Assembly (NCBI GenBank): GCA_030704615.1
Contig: CM060734.1
Span: 33,914,001 to 33,978,000 of the forward strand
From: Takakia lepidozioides
Taxonomy: Eukaryota > Plantae > Bryophyta
Length of the DNA: 64,000 nt
Direction of reading: 5' to 3'
Shown: positions 49,690-60,715 of the stretch, piece by piece
Numbering within the stretch: the stretch's first letter is position 1
How the letters are laid out: every line of letters begins with the position of its first letter
Position numbers and translations under genes: made by a program
Notes under the pieces: generated by a model
Database searches by the model: none
Seen by the model: the letters and a program-made list of their open reading frames with translations, nothing else
Told to the model about the DNA's origin: nothing

Positions 49690-52600
49690 GTACGACCGCT
49701 AGTAATTGACGGTCGTACTATGCAATTTATAAATAAATAAAAACGTGTCACTGCAAAAAATTGGCGGTCATATGTAATTTTTAAAAAACAAAGTAGGTGC
49801 AACGGTCAAATAATGACGGTCATATGTAAATTTTACAACAATAAAGACGTGCGACCGCCGAAAATTAGCGGTCGCATGAAATGAAAAAAAACAAAAATAG
49901 GTGAGACCATCAAGTTTTGGCACTTGCTTTTGTTTATTTTTGAGAAAACAATGGTACGACCGCCAGCATTTTGCAGTATCAATAATTTTTTAAATTGAAA
50001 ATTATGCAAAAAATATCTTCAATTTAAATAAATAAACTGCCACCGCCAAATTTTGGCAATCTAAATCTAGATGTGTATCCACTTGGGCTGCCACCTCGTC
50101 ACTTGGGATTAAGAAAAAAATAATGAAAGTATAAAAAAATACATAAATTAACATCTGTTTTGGACATGACGCTGACGTGCAAACGTAGATCTAGGGCTAT
50201 GAAAAAGCGCCGCGGGCTCAGCCTGTTACGTCTTGCCATGTGGCGTGAAGACATGCAACTAGGATTTGTATAATGCGGCCTGACCTTGTGTGTGTAAATG
50301 TGTCCTAGCACGATACGTGTGAGATTTACGTCAATTCACTTGTGAAGATCCTCCTCTCGCGTGCATGCACGCTTTTCTTTGCTCACCCCTTGTCATTTTG
50401 TTCAATACTTGAGATGACAGAAGATTATTCTCTCATCTTGTTTTATGGTGGAGAGCCGCTAGGTACGATTGATTGTCATTTCCCTAATCTCCTACAGTGG
50501 CGTGTTTATGTGATGTGTTAATGCCCATTAGGGTTGTGTAAGAATGGCCTCATCCCGCCCCATCTCTGTGTTTCTATCGTGCTTTCCTTCTGTTTATGTG
50601 CTAATCTTTCGGTCTCTAGCTGCGTTGTCAGTCGTGAGGAAGAGAGCTTGCACATTCAACTTAATCTGCTCATTCCGCTTTCTGCTAGTCTGAATACTCA
50701 TGCTAACCCTCCATCCCTTGCGCCGTCTGGCACTCTTGCCCTGCCGGTGTCAATCATATCTGGAGACAATGCTGTCGATCTGAGCCGTGCTGTTCATTTA
50801 AACTCACCTAGTACTAACGACTGTGCTAATCTTGTAGAGGCAGAGGCATGGTCACCGAGTCATGCACAGTCGCCTAGTTCGTTTGATAGTTGTGATCCTG
50901 ATTACTACAACTTTGATAATTTTGTAGACCCAGGACCCGAATACTTTGAAGCTCGAAGGGCGGAGGCAGATCGTGATAGGGAGAACAAACCATCCCAAAC
51001 ACCTGACGACTCGCTTTGTGAAATGTGTGACATTGATCGTTTTTTGTTTGAGTGCATTGAGAATGTTGTTCGACGTGATGTGGTAGAGTTCACATGGCAA
51101 CACGAGGTGTTGCTTGCTCATTCTTTGTCCAGCAATGCAACTGCGCAGACTCGTGCTGCTTATCTTGCCCAGTAAAAACTAGGATTGCGCAACTCCCCGC
51201 AATTGCCCAACAGGGTGATCAAGGCTCGCTTCCTCCAACATCGACAGTTGGCTTGGACTTTATTTTCCTCTTTCTACTCTTCATGGCCCAATTCTTTATC
51301 AACTTGCTGATTTTGCAGGCGATGTATGATTGTCGTTGATGCTAAGAAGTGATGGGGCTTTTGTTTTCATATGAGCGGATTATCTCTTTCATCTTTGTGT
51401 CTTGTTATCTTTGCTTCTACATACCTCTTTTCTCACTTGTTCATCATATATGATCATTCATTTAAGTCTAAGCAAACTAATCTTTTTTGTAGAATCTACG
51501 ACCCACCGAATCTAAAAGTCACAATCCAACATAACAGTCAAATTTTCATACTTTGCACACAGAATGTAGCTTATAGATGTCATTTATTTGTTTGGATTTT
51601 TTCTATCATTTCTTATAGATATCTCAAGCCTCCATCATATCTAGCCTTTCACTGAACTACACTATACACCACTACACCTCCGGATAGTGGACTCTGCTGC
51701 GGTGTCACAACAATTATGTGGAAAAAACGATCACGTCAAAACTTTAGCTCCACACTTGCACAACAAAAGAAAACAATAAGAATGAGAGAGACAAACAAGC
51801 GGGACAGTTCTATATGCTGGTGCTAGTTCTCATACTGTTCACAACTGTTTGAGTATGTTGGTGACGGTTCCCAAACATTTCAAACATACGATCACCGTTT
51901 CCAAATGTGCAATTCTTTTAGTGAACTGCACATCATATGAACTCTTCTTCTGAGTAAGCTGCGGGAAGCAAGCTAGCCGTTTGGAGTGCCGCAGTTGGTG
52001 AGTCCCACGGATAACGAGGCCCTGCAACTTTGGGTATCCATGCCCGACACTATCTCAGTTCTATCAAAGCGGTCGATTAAAAAACGCAGGCAAATCCAAG
52101 GTATCTGTTAAGGTATTTCGACATTTTTCTTTGATACCATGTCTTTTGTGTATGTATAAATGCTCTTCTATTGCATAATTAATGACCTGACACAGTCAGA
52201 ATGCAAGCAACGATGGCTTTGTGCGCGATACAGCTGATTCAAAGGCTTGGAAACACATTGATATTACTTGACCTGAGTTTGCAGCAGAGCCTCACATTGT
52301 AAAATTTGGACTATACTTACTTTTAGTCCTGAGGTCTAGCTTCACCTGAGTTCATCCACAAAAGTTGTGGACCCGAGCAAAAAGGTCGTCTAATGAACGT
52401 TTAGGCGTTCGTCATTTGAAAAAAAAACCGTTATTCACTAAGGGGCGAGAGGATGATGCAAACTTTGAAGCAGTGGAGATGAAGGGCTTCTTGCTGAGAA
52501 GACATCTGAGTAAGAATACAATGTGTAGAAATGTGATGTTCATGTGATATGGGAGGCATCCAAGGAGGACTCACAAGGATGAAAGTTCATTTGTCAAGGG

Positions 52601-53110
52601 TGTCAGCCTTGTGGACTTGCGTAAGGAAATTGATCGATATGTGAACATAGCACGGCGCAACTTTGGTCTCCTCCTTCTCAGAGTAAGTTCATCATCACCT
52701 TTGAACTTTGAATATTAAACAGATGCTTAGAGGAAATTTAGAAGATTAGAACCAAATCCATAAGGTCATGTCTTTCGCCTCATGGCCTCCTTCTTGGCAT
52801 TTCTCCTTCTCTTTTAGTTGTCTCAAAAGCTATAGACTGAGTAGTCCCCAACAGTTTGACAGCTTTCTGCTTTAATATTTCAAAATATTGAAATGCCGCC
52901 CTCCGTGGATTCCTCTATTTTGTGTTGGGTATATTGTCTCCAACAGTTAGGTAAGTTGTCGTTAAGATAACAAATTTTTTTAACTAATATCACATTAGTA
53001 ATGACATTCTAGTCAATTGCGCAAGATTAATTAGTAGTAAGATTTGAAGTCGCAGCAATTTGTTTATTTTTCAAATTCATGCGACAACCAATATTGGCGG
53101 TCGTACTGAT
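49690..53110 (+). mobile_element. CACTA/EnSpm transposon remnant
   Basis: Tnp2-like DGFVRDTADSKAWKHIDIT*PEFAAEPHIVKFGL at about 52210-52315. Clustered CGACCGC/GCGGTCG subterminal-type repeats at 49690-50060 and near 53080-53105. Confidence 0.65.
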
Positions 53111-55479
53111 TGTTTTTTTTAAAAACAAAGACTCTTAAATGATATCCCCGTGGTCAGTCCATCTGGACTGCTAGCTCGAAATTCAAGGTAAAATGTGAAA
53201 AATAAAAGTGAAAACACGGAATAATGTTAGCTTTGGACGTGATGCGACGTATGTCTAGACGTGACACTAAGTTGAGGTGAGTTTAAGTATTAACTTAATA
53301 ACGCACCTCAAGTGCACAAGGTTCATAAAGCTCAAAGACCTTGAGCTCAGCGAAGACTATCCTTTGTGAAAGACCAATTAGTTGACTACTTAACCTTTGA
53401 TCACATGTACTTTAAAAAAAAAACAAGTATATTAAGAAAAGCATTGGGCATTTTGGTCGTGAGATGAATCAAACAGTAACAAATTGATGAATGAAATGAA
53501 ATACCTCAAGATCTTTGTGAAGAACTTATGAGTGAAGTATCGATGTTCCATTAAATTGTTTAATTTGACAGCCATAGTTTCCGATTTTATGTTGATCGTA
53601 TGTTGTCGTTAGTATCTTGTTTGTATCTTGTTTGTATTGTGTTGTTTCAACTTTGTAGTCCATCCAGATTCCAAAGTTCTTCCGGAAGGATGCATAAAAA
53701 AAGTTCAAGGTCAAAATGGATTTATACTTGTTTACACAAACCATTAAACCACCACTGTGGACAGTTCGCCCCGCCGGAACGTCGCCGGTACGGCCATCCC
53801 CGGCGACCATACCGGCAAGGCTCCCACGCTTGCATTCAACTCATCAGGTAAGCGTAGTCTGCTCCATCGACAAGATGGTTTTGTTAAACCGTAGTGTATG
53901 AATAAAATATGTAAAGTGATACCCAAACATTGCACTGCGCAACTGCTGAAAGTCTATTTAAATTTAATCTACATTAATGGCCGTGACCAAAGCTTGCAGA
54001 AATAATTGCACTCCCTGCTGTCAGCACCCCTTGCAATCCGGCGACAGTACTTTATCCACACAATAACAAAGCCCACCAGGGCCACTCGTTGCTATGCTAA
54101 AAAACTCAAAGGGTTGTCATCACAGTGCTCTGCCCAAATTATAAAAGTCTACATGAGCTCAATCTATGTGAACTGGCATGTCCAAAGCTTGAACGGGTTA
54201 ACACACTCCTCGCTGCTAGTGTCTCATATAACTCAGCTGCAGTACTTCACCCATACGAAATCGAAGCCCACAAGTGTCACTCAGTGCTAGGATAAAAAAC
54301 TCAAAGTAGTAACTAGAGTTATCTCACAAAGAAAACTAGACTAATATGGAATGTCTACATGAAAAATATAAAAATCAATTATACAACTTACTAGATTTAT
54401 TTATCAGGAAAATAGATTTATTATGAATGGTTGATAAATTTACTAGAAAGCTTTCAACAACATTCACGCAAGTCAATTTGGGCTCCATTGGACTCTACAC
54501 ATTGATGAACATCGAAACATGTACAAACTAACACAAATACTAAACTAGTTTATGTTTGTAGTATGAAGATTTTGGAGTAGTTTGTGAAAATGATCAGGGA
54601 GCAACTGAGCAACCACTCTCAAACAATACCTTGCAAACTTCATGGACAAGATCTTGTATATCTTACATAGTTGGAAAGAACCACCTCCATATGGACACAA
54701 AATATTTTGACTTTACTCAACAACATTAATATATCATACTTTCAAGACGGCTCTGGACATCGTAATATATTTACATTTGCATGTTCGCTTTGATAACAAT
54801 ATTCATATGCCTACATATTATAGGTATTGCAGATGGTCTAGGTCCCATCAATTTTGGGTGACTGAAAATAAAATGGAGGAGCCCCCATTTCCGTGCATCT
54901 TCAGAGGCAACCAGTTGTCTCTTTTTCTGCAAATGCTCTAGTATTATAAATAAAGAATGGTTCATATCTCCGTGATTATGTGGACCCTTGGAAGCAACAA
55001 CCATCAATTCTTGATGCTCAGTTTAGGACAGTTTTAACTGAAAGTAGGTTTTATTTTATTGCTTATTGGCATTGATCCGGCAATTTATTTTCTAGTTTTA
55101 GTGAAGCTAAATGAACTCTTAACCAAAATAGGTTTTATGAAAATGATGACATTTTTTTACTCACGAGTAAATTCCCACCACCCCCCCCCCCCCCCCCCTT
55201 TGCTCCCCTCTCACTTGCGAGCCCGTATTTGTAGAACAAATGATTAGGAAATCAGGCAAAAAACAGATGGTAGCGTGGTGGCTAGGTGATGTGTGTTACG
55301 AAGTTGAAGTCTGAGGTTCAATACCTGACAGTGATATTGCGTTGACTAATTGGATGCACATGGGACTGATTAATATATATTTTTATCTCCAAAATAATCC
55401 CAAGTCCAAGATCGTGGCTATGCTCCCCTATTCCCTCTGTCCCCTCATTGTTCCCATTCCCGCTCCCCTATCCCTGCCC

Positions 55480-55730
55480 CTTGTCCTCGCTCCCCTGTTC
55501 TTGGTCCTCGCTCCTCTCCTCGCCGTATGGAACACGGCTTGCTCCCCTGTTCCCGGTCCTCGCTCCCCTCCTCGTCCTGTGGAACGTGGCTCGCTCCCTG
55601 TTCTCGGTCCGCACTCCCCTCCTCGTCCTATGGAACGTGGCTTGCTCCCCTGTTCCCGGTCCTCGCTCCCCTACTCGCCCTGTGGAATGTGGCTCGCTCC
55701 CCTGTTCGTGGTCCCCGCTCCCCTGTCCCA
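55480..55730. repeat. C-rich tandem repeat (about 4 copies of a unit of about 50 bp)
   Basis: GGTCCTCGCTCCCCT..CGTCCTGTGGAACGTGGCTCGCTCCCCTGTTC repeated. Confidence 0.8.
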
Positions 55731-57089
55731 CTATGGGGAGCAAGGATCTTGGACCGGGAACAAGAGAGCAAAATTGGAGAATGTTTGGGAACATGGTCCT
55801 AATATGGGGAGCGGGAGGTGTGGAGCGCTCCCCACCTTCACAGTGGGGACGAGATTTGACAGGTAGTAGTATGCCGGAGCCTCTCTAAGCTCAGACCAGC
55901 GGGCCCCACCACCTCACACGCTTGCCTTAAACTCGTCGGGTAGGCGTAGTCCTTGCCCTTGTTGATGTAAGATTTATTGATTTAGTCTAGATATTATTTA
56001 AAATTCTATCTTTTAAATCTTGTAAAGAATATTTACTAGATTCTAAAGACTTTTTCTTAGAATTTGATAAAGTACTATAAATAAATTCTAATTTTTTTCC
56101 AATCCATGCCATAAAATTTTCAGCATAGGTCATATGTTTAAATGTATTATTACTGAGATATATTTAATTTTAATTTTAATTTCACAAGCAGAATACTTAA
56201 AAAAAATTACCAAGACATAACTCTACATTATTTTTTGTTCTTTTTTTAAAACAAACTCTCATTCACAACGTACTAGTCAATATTTTAATAATCATATTGA
56301 ACTTTTGAGATTATTCTTATTACTAGAAGAACTTTTATGAATGAAAGAGGAAAAAAATTAAAATCCTCAAAGCCATACGACAAAACATTTTGGTACGGTA
56401 TAAGATTGTCACCTCCAAAAAACATGCACAACAATTGAAGACGTGCCGGAGTCAAGTGTAGTGAATAAAAATTGGATTGATTGTGTTCCTGGACTCTATT
56501 GCTAGTGTAAAATGAGTATCCGGCCCCACTTGATGACCAATGTTGTTGCAAGGTTCACTGATTTTATCTAACGAACAACATATGCTACTTAAATCTCACA
56601 AAGAGAATCAATGGTTCTGTTGACATCATGTATTCATCCTTCACTAGTTCCATACGCTCTTCTTATAGAGACAACTATTCTAGCAAGTACTATACTATCT
56701 AAGAGCACCGACCATGCCTTGCACCAACAAGATCACCTAATATACATAATCTAGATGATGAAGAGTTTACAGATAAATGACTTATAATAAATATTTAAAA
56801 GAAAAGATTTATTATTAATTGAAGAGAAAGTTGATTTTGGTCAGTAGAAGCTACAGATTAGGTTACGACACACAATTGAAAAACAAACAAAAGATATTTT
56901 CCACACTGCAACGTAATGTTCAAGGGCCCTGCGTGTGCCCGAGCCAACACAAAACATCATATTGGTTAATTATATTCAGTTGTGGCATTGCATGCTACAC
57001 TCATACTAGTCATTACCTTCTTTCTTAGTCCGATTGAGTACTGCTAGTTACAGAAATTGACATAGTGTTGGGAAAAAATGTAGGCATGC

Positions 57090-57138
57090 GGCGAAGTGGC
57101 TCTTAGTTACGCCGGTTTCTGCCGGAGTCTTCTCTCTC
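57090..57138 (+). mobile_element. Extremely 5'-truncated copy of the Dualen-like element 3' end
   Basis: GGCGAAGTGGCTCTTAGTTACGCCGGTTTCTGCCGGAGTCTTCTCTCTC has 2 mismatches to the reverse complement of about 60718-60767. Flanked by TTGGGAAAAAATG / TTGGGAAGAAATG. Confidence 0.8.
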
Positions 57139-58769
57139 TTGGGAAGAAATGGAAAAATAATAGAGGATGGCATGTGAGAACAAGTTCACATTGCGGATTA
57201 CCTCTACATTGGAAAACAAGGTCAACAAGAAAAAGAACGAAGCTTGGGGATGATGAAGGCTTTCAAAACTGGACTCGTCGAAGGGAATAATGGAAAGACA
57301 AAATGTGAAAGTCAAATTAATGTCGTCTATATTATTAAAAAGTTATTGTGGATTAAGATTTTTTCATTGTTAATTTATAAATGTGGGTATGATTTGATTT
57401 TTAGTATTTAGCCGTCAATGCGATGTTATGATTATATTTTATATTATCAAGTCTTAATAAACTATATAATCAATTTAATGACATTGATAGATATATATGT
57501 ATCAAATATGAATACCAATAGAGTGACAATATTTTGATGGTGACATGTGCATTGATATATTCAAACAATATGATAAAATCATGTGTGTGAATGAGCCTAT
57601 GTGGTGATAAAGGCCTCTCATTTTTAAATATTAAGGTCTTTAATGCGTGTGTTGCCCCGCCGGTACGAGCCTATTGGCCCATGGTCATCCCAAGTTAAAT
57701 CCAAGTCAAGGCTAGACGACCAAGGGATGGTCCATTGGGGAGTCCACTTGACGGTCCACCTAACCGTCCAATCCATTGGATGGTCTGCGCTACGGGCAAG
57801 TGGGGTGTCTGTCCGCCAAATTCGTTCTCGAGATTGCCACGCCCGCCTGCCCAACATAGAAGAAATCCGGGCTTAGAATTTTTTTGCGGAATAACAAGTT
57901 CATAAAAAATTTCAATATTAATTAAGGCTCTTGCTCCCACTAGGAATTGAACATGAGAGTCAAATGTACCAATGAAAGCCCTTAACCATCAAGCTACCTA
58001 CTACCTCCTAAAACATTTTACACTTTTAATGTTTTATACTAGGGCTTCGCGTTGCTCCGCACTACTAGCACGACTTCTGAGAACAAGGTCCAGATAGATG
58101 GGCTATATTCAAGTTTTATAAATAGATGAACATTTATTGGCTGTCGACTACGCATCATGCTAAAATCAACGGAGAAAATGTGGTCAAAGGACCTTACAGT
58201 GTGTCAAGCCTCTTATTGTTGTGTTGTGCTGAATCATGCTCCCTAGTTTTCCCTTCCTCTTATGTTTTGCCAAAGCAAGAGAGCCCATTGCAATTTGAGG
58301 ATTGTTTCATTTGATATTAATTTGACGGGTGTAATGACTCGGGCTCGTTTTGATACAACAAGTAGATTTTGTTTATAACTATTGTTTATATGATATATTT
58401 TTCATCTTTATTTTCCTTGGTTTAGATTTCAAATCGTTTGGATTTTGATTTAATGTCACGGTTTCATGGTTGTTTTTTTATTTAATGCATATTTGCTCCG
58501 GCGTTCATCATTTATTGTCTTTTCCCTTAATATATTTTTTTTTTGTCTTTATTTAAAGCATATGTTATCTGGATTCTGTCTGTCCGCATTAACATTTTGT
58601 TAACGACCATATATCCGAAGATATATTCTTGAAAAAACATAGTTGTCTACATAAACATAATTAGCTTGACAAAAATTATTGTTCTGAAAAAAATCTTTTG
58701 TCTTGATAAAAAATACTGATATTGATATTGATATTTCTCTTCAAAGTTGAAGGTAATTTGTTCTATAAA

Positions 58770-60715
58770 TGTTTGATAGCAACACATAAGTCGCGGCATC
58801 CTGTTCATCCCACTTGAGGATAGATGTTGCCGCATGTTCAGCCATCTCCACATTGCCATGGATTCTGCAGGCACCAAGCAAGGCCTTCCACACCACAACA
58901 TCTGGATTGATTGGCATCTTATTTATCAGATCCACTGCCTTGTCCAGTTGTCCCGCACACGTCCAAGAAGGTCCACCATACAGCCAAAGTGTTTTACTGT
59001 CGAAGTGATACCATATTCTGGACTCAGGGAATCAAAGTAGCATCTTCCTTCATTTAGGAGGCCATGTGGCTGCATGCAAAGAAAAAACATAAAGGTGACA
59101 CCGTCCAGCTTCAAGTCGTTCTTTGCATTCCTTCATATAGTAGCAGGACCTCCCTATGACAACCATGCTTTGCATATCTTGCAATCATCGCACTCCACGA
59201 CACCAAATCTCGTTCAGCCATACTGTCGAACACTCCCTTCGCATCCTCCATGCACCCACATTTGGCATACATGTCCACAATGGCATTGTCCATAATGACA
59301 CCGGGTACAATTCCAGCTCTGACGATGTCGCCATGGACCTCTTTGCCCTTTTCCAGAGCTGCACGGCTTGCACACACATTGCAAACGCACAAAAACGTGA
59401 TGTGGATGGGCTTCACCCCTTCCCCCATCATTTGCTCATAGGTCTCCAAGCCTCCCGCATCCCTGTTGTGCATACCCTGGCAATCATCGCGTTCCATGAT
59501 ACCACATTTCGTTCAGCCATATTGTTGAACACTCCCTCCGCATCCTCAATGCACCAAATTTTGGCATACATGTCCACGAGGGCAGAGTCCAGAGTGACAT
59601 CTAGTACAATTCCAGCTTTGACGATGCAACCATGGACCTCTTTGCCCTTTTCCAGGGCTGCCAGGCCTGCACAACATTGCAAACGCACACAAACGTTATG
59701 TGGTCGGGCTTCACCCCTTCCCCCATCATTTGCTCATAGGTCTCCAAAGCCTCCATCCCGCGCCCCTGCTGTGCATACCCTGCAAGCATCGCACTCCACG
59801 ACACCACATTTGTTCAGCTATAGTGTGGAACACTCCATTTTCATCCTTCATGTACCCACATCTGGCATATATGTCCACCAGGGTAGTGTCCAGAATGACA
59901 TCTAGTAATCTGACAGGCATTTACCTTTTTGCCTCGGTTGTCCCACCATTGAGTGGGGTCAGAAAAGTATTCACTCCACAGCTTCTCTTAATCTATGTTA
60001 CCTGTTTTTGGATACTTTCAGGTTGTCCACTCAACCAGCTAACTTGCAGAATTTAACATAAAAATTTAGGGTTGATTCTGTTAAGAGGGAAAAATAGGGG
60101 GCAATGTGTTGAAGAAGGTGCCTTCATTAGCAGTGCCTTGTTCTATCAATTGTGTTGTTGCCGCTGCTGTTTCCAATTGACCATCTACTATTCTTGTAGC
60201 TATTGATCCATAGGGAATCAAAAGTAATCGTGTGTTTGAAATCCGGCCCTACACTCCCCTTTGCATGCTCGATGCTCCCACATTTGGCATACATGTCCAC
60301 CACGGTATTGTTCAGGATCACATTTGGTACGATTCCAGCTCTGACAATGTCGCCATGCACCTCTTTGCCCTTTTCCAGGGCTGCCAGGCTTGCACATGCA
60401 TTGCAAATGCACACAAACGTGATGCGGTTGGGCTTCACCCCTTCGTAGATCATTTGCTCATACGTCTCCAAAGCCTCCATCCCGCACCCCTGCTGTGCAT
60501 ATCCTGCGAACATCGCACTCCACGACACCACATCTCGTACCGCCATATTGTCGACCACTCCCTTTGCATGCTCGATGCTCCCACATTTGGCATACATGTC
60601 CAACAGGGTATTGTTCAGGATGACATCTAGTACAATTCCAGCTCTGGCGATGTCGTCATGCACCTCTTTGCCCTTTTTCAGGGCTGCCAGGCTTGCACAT
60701 GCACTGCAAACGCAC
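58770..60715 (-). pseudogene. PLS-class PPR pseudogene (through E1/E2, no DYW), close paralog of the 2375-5293 gene
   Basis: Frameshifted repeats CASLAALEKGKEVHGDIVRAGI, VDMYAKCG, VVSWSAM. E domain VVWKALLGACRIHGNVEMAEHAA..TYVLLSNIY, then truncation. Confidence 0.92.
59908..60251 (-). other. PDF-motif exon fragment embedded in the PPR pseudogene
   Basis: GPDFKHTITFDSLWINSYKN..VDGQLETAAA, then EKLWSEYFSDPTQWWDNRGKK|GTAAAT (exon end 59925). PPR repeats resume on both sides. Confidence 0.85.

Noticed and set aside
55342-55888. Pro/Leu-rich ORFs as real genes
   Set aside because: They are open only because the C-rich tandem repeat lacks stop codons.
57925-58000. tRNA gene (also 55268-55335)
   Set aside because: Only degenerate A/B-box-like motifs, with no convincing cloverleaf. 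At best a decayed SINE head.
58035-58072. Helitron 3' terminus (CTAG next to a GC-rich stretch)
   Set aside because: The hairpin is weak and no matching 5' end or Rep/helicase sequence was found.
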